A DNA stretch of 64,000 bases from an uncultured delta proteobacterium (lineage in GTDB: Bacteria; Desulfobacterota; Desulfuromonadia; Geobacterales; DSM-12255), in contig CAWBBV010000007.1 in assembly GCA_963787125.1 (NCBI GenBank), positions 96,001-160,000 of the forward strand, in the 5' to 3' direction. The notes under the pieces were generated by a model. The model made no database searches. It saw only the letters and a program-made list of their open reading frames with translations, and was not told the DNA's origin. The position numbers were made by a program, and so were the translations under genes. This document shows, piece by piece, positions 9,444-19,063 of this stretch (position 1 is its first letter; every line of letters starts with the position of its first letter).

Positions 9444-9955
9444 ACATTGTCCTTATCGGTTACCGTGGCACCGGCAAGAGCCATGTCGGTAGGATTTTGG
9501 CGGAAAAATTATCTTTTCCGTATGTCTCGGTTGACAAGGCCATTGTGTTACGTGCAGGGATGAGCATCCCTGAAATTGTCAAACAGTTTGGCTGGCCCGC
9601 ATTTCGGGACAGGGAATCTCTTGAAGTAAGAGAGATTTCAGTCTGGGATAGCATCGTTATTGATACCGGTGGCGGAGTCATAGAGCGTCCTGAAAATATC
9701 GACCATCTTCGGGAAAACGGCTGTATTATCTGGCTTAAGGCCTCTGTTGCGACAATCGTGGCACGGATAGAAGGTGGAGCTGACCGGCCGGCCTTGACAG
9801 AAGGAAAGAGCTTTGTTGAAGAGGTTACAGAGGTGCTGGAAAGGCGAGCACCTTTATATGCTGCCGCAGCGAAATACGAGATAGACACAGATATGCTTGA
9901 GCCTGAAGAGATCGCAGAGCAGATAGTCAGGCTCTGGCAGAAACGCTCTGGTTGA
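9440..9955 (+). CDS. aroK: Shikimate kinase
   Basis: P-loop GYRGTGKS, FRDRE, TGGG, RP lid, R..LY; ATGA overlap with aroE. Confidence 0.9.
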   Translation: MNIVLIGYRGTGKSHVGRILAEKLSFPYVSVDKAIVLRAGMSIPEIVKQFGWPAFRDRESLEVREISVWDSIVIDTGGGVIERPENIDHLRENGCIIWLKASVATIVARIEGGADRPALTEGKSFVEEVTEVLERRAPLYAAAAKYEIDTDMLEPEEIAEQIVRLWQKRSG

Positions 9956-10044
9956 CGTTTGTGAAAAATGTTTTATTTTCAGCCTGAATCTGATAGTTAG
10001 TAGCAGTCGTTAATATAATCAGGTTGCCGTTCAGAGGATTGAAA

Positions 10045-10389
10045 ATGGATAAACAGCAGATGCTGGATCAGGCAAAGGATAAGCTCTCCCCTTTTGAGAC
10101 CGGCAATATTGCTGAGTTTATTCAGCATCTTACCTTGAAGTCGGCAATGGAGCATCCGTTTATAATAATAGTTTTTCTGCTTTTTGCCTTCTATGCCGTA
10201 GTTAGAAGGTCTAGAATTGTTCTGCTCTTTCTCTTCGCTGTCATATCAATAATGTTACTGGTGAGATATACGCTTGCACCGGAGATAGTTGGTGGTGGTA
10301 TGACGATTGAATCTATTCTCCCTTTTGTCGCCGGCGGTCTGGTCATAGGGGGCGCGCTTATTTACTTTAGTTTTATCAAGAGTGATTGA
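10045..10389 (+). CDS. Small three-TM membrane protein, function unknown
   Basis: Three hydrophobic helices; GAGG upstream of ATG 10045. Confidence 0.65.
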   Translation: MDKQQMLDQAKDKLSPFETGNIAEFIQHLTLKSAMEHPFIIIVFLLFAFYAVVRRSRIVLLFLFAVISIMLLVRYTLAPEIVGGGMTIESILPFVAGGLVIGGALIYFSFIKSD

Positions 10390-10456
10390 ATTATTTAGTA
10401 ACTTCGTTAGTTAACGTATCTTAGTTTATCAGGTTAAAGCTGTTTGGAGGTTTTGG

Positions 10457-10738
10457 GTGAAGATAGGTAAACGTGACTGGATTTTTATAGCAATAGTTGC
10501 AGCTGTTCTACTTTTTTTCTACGCGATCTCCGGCAAGGAGAAAACTAAAAAACTGCCGAAGGATGCCACTCATCAGCAGTTTAACGACATGTTGAACTCA
10601 GGCAAGAAAAAGATCGACGTTGATCCGCTCTGCGAAGCTTGTCATGACGGGATCAAAATCAAATTCCCCGAGAAACATCCTGCAAAGCCGGGCGGCGCGC
10701 CGATGCGTTGTCTGTTCTGCCACAAGCAGCAGCATTAA
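10457..10738 (+). CDS. Small membrane-anchored diheme c-type cytochrome
   Basis: N-terminal TM helix; CEACH and CLFCH; candidate distal His residues (HQQF, HPAK); GGAGG upstream of GTG. Confidence 0.85.
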   Translation: MKIGKRDWIFIAIVAAVLLFFYAISGKEKTKKLPKDATHQQFNDMLNSGKKKIDVDPLCEACHDGIKIKFPEKHPAKPGGAPMRCLFCHKQQH

Positions 10739-10774
10739 TCAAGCGAGGGCAGGTATTAGCCCGTCTCACTTACC

Positions 10775-11356
10775 ATGACAACCCTCAATCTGACTGCGGA
10801 ACTCGAACGCCTCATTGCCGATATAACAGCGCGACATGAGGCGTTTTCGCATATAGATCCCACCAGGTTGATGGTTTGTATAAACTCCTCACGCAGCAGT
10901 CGTTGCGGTCTCTTTGCAAAGATACACCCGCTGAGGTTCCCGGAAGGGAGAACTGTCCAGACTGTTAAAAGGGGGCGCGCAACTTACCGCTGCACCATGC
11001 CTGAAGTCTTTCATAAAGGAGTGGATCTGCTTTATGTAATTTACTTCTCCCTTCCGAGATTTTTCGACAGGCCTTTCAGGGATAAACTGATCACAGTTTT
11101 TCATGAGCTATACCATATTTCACCTGCATTTGACGGTGATATCCGCCGTTTTGAAGGGAAAAATTATGCTCATGGCAGTTCGACCAAAAAATATAACAAG
11201 CTGATGGAACGTTTTGTTGATGAATATCTGCAGAAGCATGACGGAACGGGACCGACTACTTTTCTGGAACAAGAACTGTCCATATTGAGAGAGATGCACA
11301 GGGCTATTGTCGGGAGGAAGATGGTTGTGCCGAAGATTAAAGTGGAGAGATTATGA
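10775..11356 (+). CDS. Putative zincin metallopeptidase
   Basis: TVFHELYHI (HExxH) followed by GDIRRF...AH. Confidence 0.7.
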   Translation: MTTLNLTAELERLIADITARHEAFSHIDPTRLMVCINSSRSSRCGLFAKIHPLRFPEGRTVQTVKRGRATYRCTMPEVFHKGVDLLYVIYFSLPRFFDRPFRDKLITVFHELYHISPAFDGDIRRFEGKNYAHGSSTKKYNKLMERFVDEYLQKHDGTGPTTFLEQELSILREMHRAIVGRKMVVPKIKVERL

Positions 11357-11381
11357 CGGCTTGGCACTGACTGCCAAGCCG
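11357..11381. terminator. Hairpin between convergent genes
   Basis: CGGCTTGGCA-CTGAC-TGCCAAGCCG, a perfect 10-bp stem. Confidence 0.6.
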
Positions 11382-11394
11382 CCTGCTGTTTTAT

Positions 11395-12051
11395 TTACGC
11401 CATCTCAATAACGGTCTTTACGCACTTTTCAATGCCGTCAGCAGCCTCACTGATGCACCCTGCCAGCATGTATGCGGGGGTCGTGACAATCCGGTTTTTT
11501 TTGTCGACGACAAATTCGCGAACCTGACAATCGAGGTGAACGCTGCCGGTAGCATTAATGGCTGCAGCCGTTCCTGGATCATTGCCGATGGTGACTGCAG
11601 GCGCACACTCTTTGCCGAGGACGGCGGCAATAAGAGCTGGAGCTATACAGATGGCGCCGATCGGTTTTTTAGCCGCAATTATCTCCCTGATAAGTCGGGC
11701 TACTTCGGGATTTACTGAGGCGTCAGCGCCTTTACTGGCAAAATCACAAAGATTTTTTGCAGCGCCGAAGCCGCCGGGGAAGATAATGGCATCAAGGTCG
11801 GCAGCACTTATTTTGGCTATGTCAGTGATATTGCCTCTGGCGATGCGCGCTGATTCAACCAGGACATTTCTTTTTGCTCCTGTCGGTTGACCGGCAAGAT
11901 GGTCGATTTCAACAAGCTCCATATCCGGCGCCATGCAGACGGCTTCTGCACCGTTTCTGTCGATGGCGAGCAGAGTAAGCACTGCTTCGTGAATTTCGCT
12001 GCCGTCATAAACTCCGCAACCTGAGAGAACCACACCTATCTTCTTTTTCAT
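11395..12051 (-). CDS. elbB: DJ-1/PfpI-family glyoxalase ElbB (ES1-like)
   Basis: LSGCGVYDGSEIHE, ESARIARG, PGGFGAAKNL, CIAP, TTPAYM. Confidence 0.93.
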   Translation of the reverse strand: MKKKIGVVLSGCGVYDGSEIHEAVLTLLAIDRNGAEAVCMAPDMELVEIDHLAGQPTGAKRNVLVESARIARGNITDIAKISAADLDAIIFPGGFGAAKNLCDFASKGADASVNPEVARLIREIIAAKKPIGAICIAPALIAAVLGKECAPAVTIGNDPGTAAAINATGSVHLDCQVREFVVDKKNRIVTTPAYMLAGCISEAADGIEKCVKTVIEMA

Positions 12052-12072
12052 AGTTTTTACCTCCGGCAAAAT

Positions 12073-12657
12073 TTACTTCGAGTACAGGACTGCAACAGCT
12101 TTCGCTTTTGCGCTGCCAAGGGAGACGTAGCCGTGCGACTCGGACGAGTCGTAGTAGATGCTGTCGCCAGGTTGTAAAATCATTGTCTCCTGGCCGTAGT
12201 GGAATTCGAGTTCACCACTTAAAAGATAGATGAATTCTTCGCCGTCATGCTTATAGAGAAGCGAATCATCCCAGTTGCCGGACTCAAACTCTACCAGGAA
12301 CGGCTCCATGGATTTATGCCTCATGCCGGGGGCAAGTGAATGGTAAAGATAACTCTGGGGGGAGTCATTACCGGTGCGCCTGCGGCTCGATAATATATCA
12401 CTGCTGCGGAGCAGGACCAGTTTCTGTTTGTCCTCCGCCTCCTCAAAGAAAAAATGGATGCCGACTTTAAGGCCTTTGGCGATTTTAAGCAGTGTGGCGA
12501 TCGGCGGGATGACCTGATTGTTCTCAATCTGGGAGAGGAGAGGCTTTGAGAGCCGCGACAGGTCGGAAAGATCCTGCAGAGTAAGGCGCAATTCTTTCCT
12601 GAGTTTCCTGATCTTTTCTCCGATATTGAGTTCTCTAACATCACATTGATTGTTCAT
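12073..12657 (-). CDS. XRE-family HTH regulator with cupin domain
   Basis: IGEKIRKLR...LSQIENNQVIP HTH; HDGEEFIY...GDSIYYDSSESH cupin. Confidence 0.9.
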   Translation of the reverse strand: MNNQCDVRELNIGEKIRKLRKELRLTLQDLSDLSRLSKPLLSQIENNQVIPPIATLLKIAKGLKVGIHFFFEEAEDKQKLVLLRSSDILSSRRRTGNDSPQSYLYHSLAPGMRHKSMEPFLVEFESGNWDDSLLYKHDGEEFIYLLSGELEFHYGQETMILQPGDSIYYDSSESHGYVSLGSAKAKAVAVLYSK

Positions 12658-12676
12658 GCCTTTTTCTCCTCGACGC

Positions 12677-12705
12677 TTTATATTCCAAAGCACGCCAAGG
12701 GTCAA
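12677..12705 (-). promoter_or_regulatory. Sigma70 promoter for the XRE-cupin/elbB unit
   Basis: TTGACC-17 nt-TATAAA, followed closely by GAGGAG and the ATG. Confidence 0.65.
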
Positions 12706-12810
12706 CACTGTTTTACATCCAGGCTCATGTCCGGTAAATGCCTTGACATGAGGCTAAGCAGTGACATAACATCACATATTTGATTTATGAAAAGAGTGCC
12801 TGGAGGGTTT

Positions 12811-13641
12811 TTGAGCTGGAAAGCGATAGGGCTATTTGACTCAGGTGTGGGCGGACTGACAGTTCTCCGGGAAATTGTCAAGGTTCTCCCGCAAGAAGAC
12901 ACTGTCTATCTTGGCGATACTGCCCGAGTGCCGTACGGGACAAAATCACCGGAGACGGTTGTCCGTTTTGCCCGGCAGATAACCTCCTTTTTGATAAGTC
13001 GTGATATCAAGCTGCTTGTGGTAGCCTGCAATACTGCTTCGGCAGTTTCGCTTGAGGAGTTGAAAGCCGAGTTTGCAATTCCGATTGTGGGTGTCATAGA
13101 GCCGGGCGCACTTCAGGCGGTCTCTGTCACCAGAAACGGCAAGGTGGGAGTAATCGGGACTGCCGGAACAATCAGAAGCAGTGCCTATACAAAAGCTATC
13201 AAGCGGATCAATCCTGATATCGAGGTGATTACTGCCGAGTGTCCTATGTTTGTCCCCCTTGCTGAAGAGGGGTGGATCGATAATGATGTTGCCAGGCTGA
13301 CCGCAAGTATGTATCTGAAAAATCTCAAGGATAGTGGTGTTGATACTCTGGTTCTCGGCTGTACACACTACCCACTCCTGAAAGGTATCATCAGCGAAGT
13401 AATGGGCGAAGGTGTCACGCTTGTCGATTCTGCCCAGGAGACTGCCAGGGTGGTGAAGGAGATCCTCGCTGCAAGGGGCGAAACAAGACCGGTGCAGGAG
13501 AAGGGGAATCACCATTTTTTTGTGACTGACGTTCCGGCCGGATTTATTCGTGTTGGCAATCGCTTTCTTGGTGGAGCCCTCGGAGATGTTTATCAGGTGA
13601 ACCTTGAAGATTATATTCCGACAGGGAGGGCCGAGGGGTGA
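12811..13641 (+). CDS. murI: Glutamate racemase
   Basis: FDSGVGGLTV, PYGTKS, VACNTAS, LGCTHYP; start set at TTG 12811 behind GGAGG (ATG 12787 is also in frame). Confidence 0.95.
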   Translation: MSWKAIGLFDSGVGGLTVLREIVKVLPQEDTVYLGDTARVPYGTKSPETVVRFARQITSFLISRDIKLLVVACNTASAVSLEELKAEFAIPIVGVIEPGALQAVSVTRNGKVGVIGTAGTIRSSAYTKAIKRINPDIEVITAECPMFVPLAEEGWIDNDVARLTASMYLKNLKDSGVDTLVLGCTHYPLLKGIISEVMGEGVTLVDSAQETARVVKEILAARGETRPVQEKGNHHFFVTDVPAGFIRVGNRFLGGALGDVYQVNLEDYIPTGRAEG

Positions 13642-14240
13642 AAAGCCACAAGAGTCCAAGACGGGGTGTATGGATCATTGTCCTGGCGTTTCTGCTACTG
13701 GCGGTTTTCCTCGGAGCACTGCTTTTCAGGAAACATGATAGAGCAATAACACCGCCACCGCCACCAACTGAACTGCAAAAATCCGGGCTTGTAACGGTGA
13801 CACTTTTCTTTGCAGCACCGGCAGGCGAAGGTCTGGTAAGGGAAGGCCGCGAAATCGAGCCTTGTGAAGAACTTTCGGCCTGTTTCGAGGAGATTCTGGA
13901 AGAGCTCATTAATGGGCCGTTGAGCGATCTGGCCCCGGTGTTACCTGCAACAGGAATGTTCAACAGTGTCGCCCTTGATGGCAAAACTGCCCGTGTGGAC
14001 TTTGCCCATGAACTGCTTGATGGCCTGCCGCCGGCAAGCAACAGCGAGCTGTATGCAGTCTATGCAGTGGTCAACTCCATCTGCTTCAACTTCCCGCAGG
14101 TGCAGCAGGTCGTCTTCACGGTGGATGGAACACCGTTGACAACATTAAAAGGGCATCTGGATACAAGTAAGGCGATTTCTCCTGATTTTTCTCTTGAAAA
14201 AGGTGTTGAAAAATCTAAAGAAGTGAAAGGGAAAAAATGA
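13638..14240 (+). CDS. GerMN domain membrane protein
   Basis: TM helix and Pro linker; LINGP...VDF...E..AVYAVVNSI...VQQVVFTVDG...GHLD. Confidence 0.85.
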   Translation: MKSHKSPRRGVWIIVLAFLLLAVFLGALLFRKHDRAITPPPPPTELQKSGLVTVTLFFAAPAGEGLVREGREIEPCEELSACFEEILEELINGPLSDLAPVLPATGMFNSVALDGKTARVDFAHELLDGLPPASNSELYAVYAVVNSICFNFPQVQQVVFTVDGTPLTTLKGHLDTSKAISPDFSLEKGVEKSKEVKGKK

Positions 14241-16654
14241 TAGCAAAAGATTTTATGCAGACCATTGAAGAACAGGTCCTGGTGCTGGACGGGGCAATGG
14301 GGACGATGCTGCAGGAACGCGGCTTGAAGCCAGGGCAGTCGCCGGAAGAGATGAATCTGACCATGCCGGAAGTTGTTGCAGCCGTTCATCAGGAATATCT
14401 GGATGCAGGGGCTGATATTATCGTTACAAACAGTTTTGGTGGTAGCCGCGAAAAACTTTCCCACTACGGACTTGAAGGTCGTTTGACGGAGATAAATGCT
14501 GCCAGCGTAAAGATCGCCAAACGAGTTGCCGGTGATAAAGCCTATGTGGCCGCATCGATAGGGCCGACGGGACGTTTTGTGGAACCGGTAGGTGATTTGA
14601 CGTTTGATGCAATGGCCGACATCTTCCGCGAACAGGCAAAAGCACTGATAGAAGCCGGGGCGGACCTGATAACTCTGGAAACGTTTCTCGATATCAAGGA
14701 GATCAGGGCTGCGGTTATTGCGATTCGTGAATTGTCACAGACAATTCCGGTCATTGCCATGCTCACTTTTGACAATAACGGCAGAAGCGTTCTTGGGACA
14801 TCCCCTGAGGCTGCGGCCATAACGCTTGAGGCGGTTGGCGCGGATATCGTCGGTTCAAACTGCGGTCTTGGAGTTGATGGCATCTACGATATTCTCGCCG
14901 CAATGCGCAAAGTCACGTCGCTGCCACTCATTTCCCAGGCAAATGCAGGCTTGCCGTTGCTTGTTGACGGAAATACTGTTTTTCCAGGAACTCCCGATGA
15001 TATGACTGCCTACCATGAGCGCCTGCTTGCTCTCGGGGTCAAGGTTATCGGCGGTTGCTGCGGCACAACTCCGGCACATATCAGGGCGATGAAGACTGCT
15101 CTGGCAGGCAAAGATCAGCGTCAGACTATTGCCGGTCCACCAGCGGGCACTACGTTTCTCTCGAGCAGAAGCGGGCATGTGGCTTTAGGCAACGGCAATC
15201 TGACAGCTATTATCGGTGAGCGGATCAACCCTACGGGCAAGAAAGGTTTCGCGGCAGAGCTGCGCGATGGTAAGGTCGGCTATATCCGCCGTGAAGCCGT
15301 TGAACAGGTGGCGGCAGGAGCTACTCTGCTTGATGTCAATGTCGGCACTCCCGGGATTGATGAGCCGGCAGCGATGGAGCGGGCGATCTTTTCTGTTAGC
15401 GGCGCGGTTCAGGTCCCATTAGTGATTGACTCTTCCAGTCCTGAAGCTCTTGAAGTAGGTCTCAAGGCGGCTGACGGCAAGGTGCTGGTTAACTCGGTAT
15501 CTGGAGAGAAGAAAAGCCTGGAGCGTATTTTGCCGCTGGTAAAAAAATACGGAGCTGCGGTGATCGGTCTGGCACTTGACGAGATCGGAATTCCCCCTAC
15601 CGGTGACGGCAGAGCTGAAGTCGCCGGCCGCATTATTGCGGCTGCTGATGCAATTGGCATTCAGCGCAACAATGTCGTTATCGACTGCCTGACACTGACA
15701 GTCAGCGCTGAGCAGAAGCGGGCTCTTGAGACTCTCAAGGCGCTGCGTGAGGTTAAATCCCGTTTTGGTGTGAACACGGTGCTTGGTGTCAGCAACATAT
15801 CATTTGGACTCCCTTCAAGACCGCTCATATCTTCAACATTCTTCACAATGGCCATCGCGTCCGGACTGGATGCAGCCATAATTAATCCGAAAGAGACGCC
15901 GATGATGGCCGCGTTCCGTTCTGCCATGGTGCTGCTCGGCCGGGATGTGGATTCAACAGCCTATATTGCCGCCTACAGCGGAGTGCAGGTCGAAATTCCG
16001 CAGACTGAGACCAAAGGTGAACCGGCAGATATCAGGAAACGCCTGGGACAGGCAGTTATTGCCGGTGATGTCGAGGGTGTTACGCCGCTGGTTGAGAGCG
16101 CTCTTGCCGATGGCTTTACACCGATGCAGATCAGTAATGAAGGGCTGCTTCCCGGTTTGGAAGAAGTCGGCAGACGCTTTGAAAAAAATCTGTTGTTCCT
16201 CCCGCAGGTGATGCGCTCCGCAGAGACAATGCAGACAGCCTTCACCAGACTTAAAGCCGAACTGCACGGTCTGGGAATCGAGCCATTGGCAAAAATTCTC
16301 ATGGCAACGGTGGAAGGTGATATTCATGATATCGGCAAGAATATTCTCTGTACCCTGCTGGAGAATCATGGCTTTGAGGTTATTGATCTGGGCAAGAATG
16401 TTTCCGCCGAACGAATAGTTGCTGAAGCCGGAGCGAGAAATGTTGATGCTGTCGGGCTCTCGGCACTCATGACCACAACCATGTCTGAAATGGAAAATGT
16501 TGTCGGAAAACTGAAGGCTGCCGGGATAAAGACCTTTACCATGGTTGGCGGTGCTGTTGTTACTCAGGAATATGCTGATAGTATCGGTGCCGATCTGTAT
16601 GCAAAAGACGCCATGGAGGCGGTAGCCCGGATCAAGGAGCTGTTGAAAAAGTGA
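14237..16654 (+). CDS. metH: Cobalamin-dependent methionine synthase, short form (Hcy, folate and B12 domains; no AdoMet reactivation domain)
   Basis: LDGAMGT, GSNC, GGCCGT, IIGERINPTG, GVSNISFG, GDIHDIGKN; ends directly after the B12-binding domain. Confidence 0.9.
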   Translation: MIAKDFMQTIEEQVLVLDGAMGTMLQERGLKPGQSPEEMNLTMPEVVAAVHQEYLDAGADIIVTNSFGGSREKLSHYGLEGRLTEINAASVKIAKRVAGDKAYVAASIGPTGRFVEPVGDLTFDAMADIFREQAKALIEAGADLITLETFLDIKEIRAAVIAIRELSQTIPVIAMLTFDNNGRSVLGTSPEAAAITLEAVGADIVGSNCGLGVDGIYDILAAMRKVTSLPLISQANAGLPLLVDGNTVFPGTPDDMTAYHERLLALGVKVIGGCCGTTPAHIRAMKTALAGKDQRQTIAGPPAGTTFLSSRSGHVALGNGNLTAIIGERINPTGKKGFAAELRDGKVGYIRREAVEQVAAGATLLDVNVGTPGIDEPAAMERAIFSVSGAVQVPLVIDSSSPEALEVGLKAADGKVLVNSVSGEKKSLERILPLVKKYGAAVIGLALDEIGIPPTGDGRAEVAGRIIAAADAIGIQRNNVVIDCLTLTVSAEQKRALETLKALREVKSRFGVNTVLGVSNISFGLPSRPLISSTFFTMAIASGLDAAIINPKETPMMAAFRSAMVLLGRDVDSTAYIAAYSGVQVEIPQTETKGEPADIRKRLGQAVIAGDVEGVTPLVESALADGFTPMQISNEGLLPGLEEVGRRFEKNLLFLPQVMRSAETMQTAFTRLKAELHGLGIEPLAKILMATVEGDIHDIGKNILCTLLENHGFEVIDLGKNVSAERIVAEAGARNVDAVGLSALMTTTMSEMENVVGKLKAAGIKTFTMVGGAVVTQEYADSIGADLYAKDAMEAVARIKELLKK

Positions 16655-16739
16655 TAGCACTGCAATTACAACTGTTGCAACAGGCTGATTATCATGGTAG
16701 TTTGCATTAATTACGTCATTTGGCGGACAGGTAGACTCG

Positions 16740-17270
16740 ATGCTGGTCGGCTATAATCACAACATAAGATACAAGGGTGAAGTATTCCATGTCCAGACTG
16801 AGGACAGCGGCATCAACACCCCTCATATCATTACGCTCCTTTACCGTGGCGGCAATATTCTTGCCTCCAAAAAGACGAGTTATGCCGATATAGTCAAGAT
16901 GGGCAATCTCAGTCAGGTGGTTGAGGAGTTGATGAAGGAGCAGCATAAGGATATGCTCCGGCGGCTGAAGAACGCGGAGTTTGATGCCAGGTTAGGCCTG
17001 GACGGCATAGCAGAAACGCCGTCAGCCACCGCTCCGGCGCAGCCACCAGCAGCAACTGCTACAACCGAACCTGTGCCGCCGCCGAAAGTTGAACCGGCAC
17101 CGCCACCGGTGCCAGTGCAAGTGCCAGTGCAAGTGCCAGTACTACCCAGGGTCGAAGCGGCGCCGATTCCGGAACAGTTGGCTCCACCCCAAAGCAAAGT
17201 TCCGGATCATAAACTGAATCTGGATGATCTGATTTTTGATTTTCTCTCAACCGGTGATGATAAGAATTAA
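16740..17270 (+). CDS. Hypothetical protein with Pro/Ala-rich linker
   Basis: Globular N-terminus (GYNHNI...FHVQTED...KKTSY), low-complexity middle, acidic LDDLIFDFL tail. Confidence 0.75.
   Translation: MLVGYNHNIRYKGEVFHVQTEDSGINTPHIITLLYRGGNILASKKTSYADIVKMGNLSQVVEELMKEQHKDMLRRLKNAEFDARLGLDGIAETPSATAPAQPPAATATTEPVPPPKVEPAPPPVPVQVPVQVPVLPRVEAAPIPEQLAPPQSKVPDHKLNLDDLIFDFLSTGDDKN
17109..17140 (+). repeat. 12-bp tandem repeat (GTGCCAGTGCAA, about 2.7 copies) encoding VPVQ
   Basis: Read directly; lies in the Pro-rich linker. Confidence 0.85.
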
Positions 17271-17282
17271 AACAATGAAAGG

Positions 17283-18131
17283 ATGCTCTTAGTGAACGAA
17301 ACTGTTGCAGTACTCCAAAAGAAGGCAAGAAAACTGCGGGTCGATATAATCAAGACCCTGCACCGCTCCAAGTCCGGCCATACTGGCGGCTCCCTCTCTG
17401 TAATCGATCTGGTTACGACACTTTACTATCACAAGATGCGTCATAAGCCGACGGATCCGAAATGGTCGGGGCGTGACAGGTTTGTCCTGTCCAAGGGACA
17501 TGCGGCCCCGGCACAGTACGTCGCTCTGGCGGACTGCGGCTACTTCCCGACGGAAGATCTGACCATGCTGCGGCAACTCGGCAGTCATCTTCAGGGTCAT
17601 CCTGACAGCAAGGGGACCCCAGGTGTTGAAGTCTGTACCGGATCACTCGGGCAGGGACTTTCCATGGCTAACGGTATGTCGCTGGCCTTAAGGCTTGATA
17701 ACAGTTCAAGTCGCGTTTATACGATCCTCGGAGATGGTGAGCTTCAGGAAGGGCAGGTCTGGGAGGCTCTCATGGCAGCCTGTCACTACCGGCTTGACAA
17801 CCTCTGTATTATGATCGATGCAAACGGTCTTCAGATTGATGGCGATGTTGCCAAAGTCATGAATGTTGAGCCAATAGGCGATAAACTCCGTGCTTTTGGT
17901 TGCAATGTGCTTGAAATAGACGGTCACGATATTGCCCAGATCATGGCTGCTCTTGATGCTGCTGAACAGGTCAAGGGGAAACCGACTGCCATTGTGGCAA
18001 GGACAGTAAAGGGGAAAGGGGTCTCTTTCTTTGAAAACAAGGCATCGTATCACGGGGTCACCCCGTCTGACGAGGAGCTGCCCAGAGCACTTGAGTGTCT
18101 GGGAGAGGGCTGTAACGGGGGTGAGAAATGA
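17283..18131 (+). CDS. Transketolase, N-terminal (TPP-binding) subunit
   Basis: GHTGGSLS, RDRFVLSKGH, LQGHP, GSLGQG, GDGELQEG. Confidence 0.93.
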   Translation: MLLVNETVAVLQKKARKLRVDIIKTLHRSKSGHTGGSLSVIDLVTTLYYHKMRHKPTDPKWSGRDRFVLSKGHAAPAQYVALADCGYFPTEDLTMLRQLGSHLQGHPDSKGTPGVEVCTGSLGQGLSMANGMSLALRLDNSSSRVYTILGDGELQEGQVWEALMAACHYRLDNLCIMIDANGLQIDGDVAKVMNVEPIGDKLRAFGCNVLEIDGHDIAQIMAALDAAEQVKGKPTAIVARTVKGKGVSFFENKASYHGVTPSDEELPRALECLGEGCNGGEK

Positions 18132-19063
18132 GTATGATTGCAACACGTGACGCTTATGGCGATGTGCTGGCTGCGCTTGGCGAAGAGAATGAAAATATAG
18201 TGGTGCTGGATGCTGATCTCTCCGGTTCTACCAAAACATCGTTGTTTGCAAAGAAGTTTCCCGAGAGATTCTTCAACATGGGGATTGCCGAAGCGAACAT
18301 GATCGGGACCGCTGCCGGCCTGGCTGCTGCCGGTAAGATTCCATTCGCCTCCACTTTTGCCATTTTTGCTGTTGGCCGGGCGTGGGAGCAGGTTCGCCAG
18401 TCGGTCGCCTATCCCAAGGCGAACGTAAAGATAGTTGCAACGCACAGTGGTGTGACCGTTGGCGAGGATGGTGGGTCGCATCAGTCGGTAGAAGATATAG
18501 CCATTATGCGGGCCGTTCCCAATATGACCGTAATTGTCCCTGCTGACGGGATTGAGACTGCCCTTGCTGTCCGGGCTGCCGCCGATTTTAACGGGCCGGT
18601 TTATGTGCGTCTCGGACGCGGCAAGGTGCCGACTATTTTTGATGACAGCTACAAATTTGCCATCGGCAAAGGTGTTCAGCTTCGTGCCGGCACTGACCTG
18701 ACTTTTATCGGTACTGGCCTGATGACAGCCCAGGCGCTATTAGCAGCCGAGACACTTCAGGCCGAAGGGATTTCTGCCCGTGTCCTCCATATCGCCACCA
18801 TAAAACCTCTTGATGAAGATCTGATCCTTGCTGCTGCGCGGGAAACCGGCGCAATAATTACCGCAGAAGAGCACTCCATTATCGGTGGCCTTGGCGGCGC
18901 TGTTGCCGAGCTTCTCTCTGAGAGATGTCCGGTAAAACTGCAAAGGGTCGGGATAAAGGATCGTTTCGGGCTCTCCGGTAAAGGTGATGAACTGCTCAAA
19001 TATTTTGGGCTCCTGCCGCAAAACCTTGTAGATGCCGCAAAAGAGCTGCTTGCGAGGAGATAG
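18128..19063 (+). CDS. Transketolase, C-terminal subunit
   Basis: DADLSGST, GIAEANM, GEDGGSHQ, EEHSIIGGLG. Confidence 0.93.
   Translation: MSMIATRDAYGDVLAALGEENENIVVLDADLSGSTKTSLFAKKFPERFFNMGIAEANMIGTAAGLAAAGKIPFASTFAIFAVGRAWEQVRQSVAYPKANVKIVATHSGVTVGEDGGSHQSVEDIAIMRAVPNMTVIVPADGIETALAVRAAADFNGPVYVRLGRGKVPTIFDDSYKFAIGKGVQLRAGTDLTFIGTGLMTAQALLAAETLQAEGISARVLHIATIKPLDEDLILAAARETGAIITAEEHSIIGGLGGAVAELLSERCPVKLQRVGIKDRFGLSGKGDELLKYFGLLPQNLVDAAKELLARR

Noticed and set aside
17109..17140. Tandem repeat as a CRISPR or phase-variation element
   Set aside because: In-frame 12-bp unit in a low-complexity linker with no spacers; copy changes would not shift the frame.
17283..19063. Split transketolase as a frameshifted pseudogene
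   Set aside because: Two-subunit transketolases are a known class; the ATGA overlap is clean and both halves are intact.
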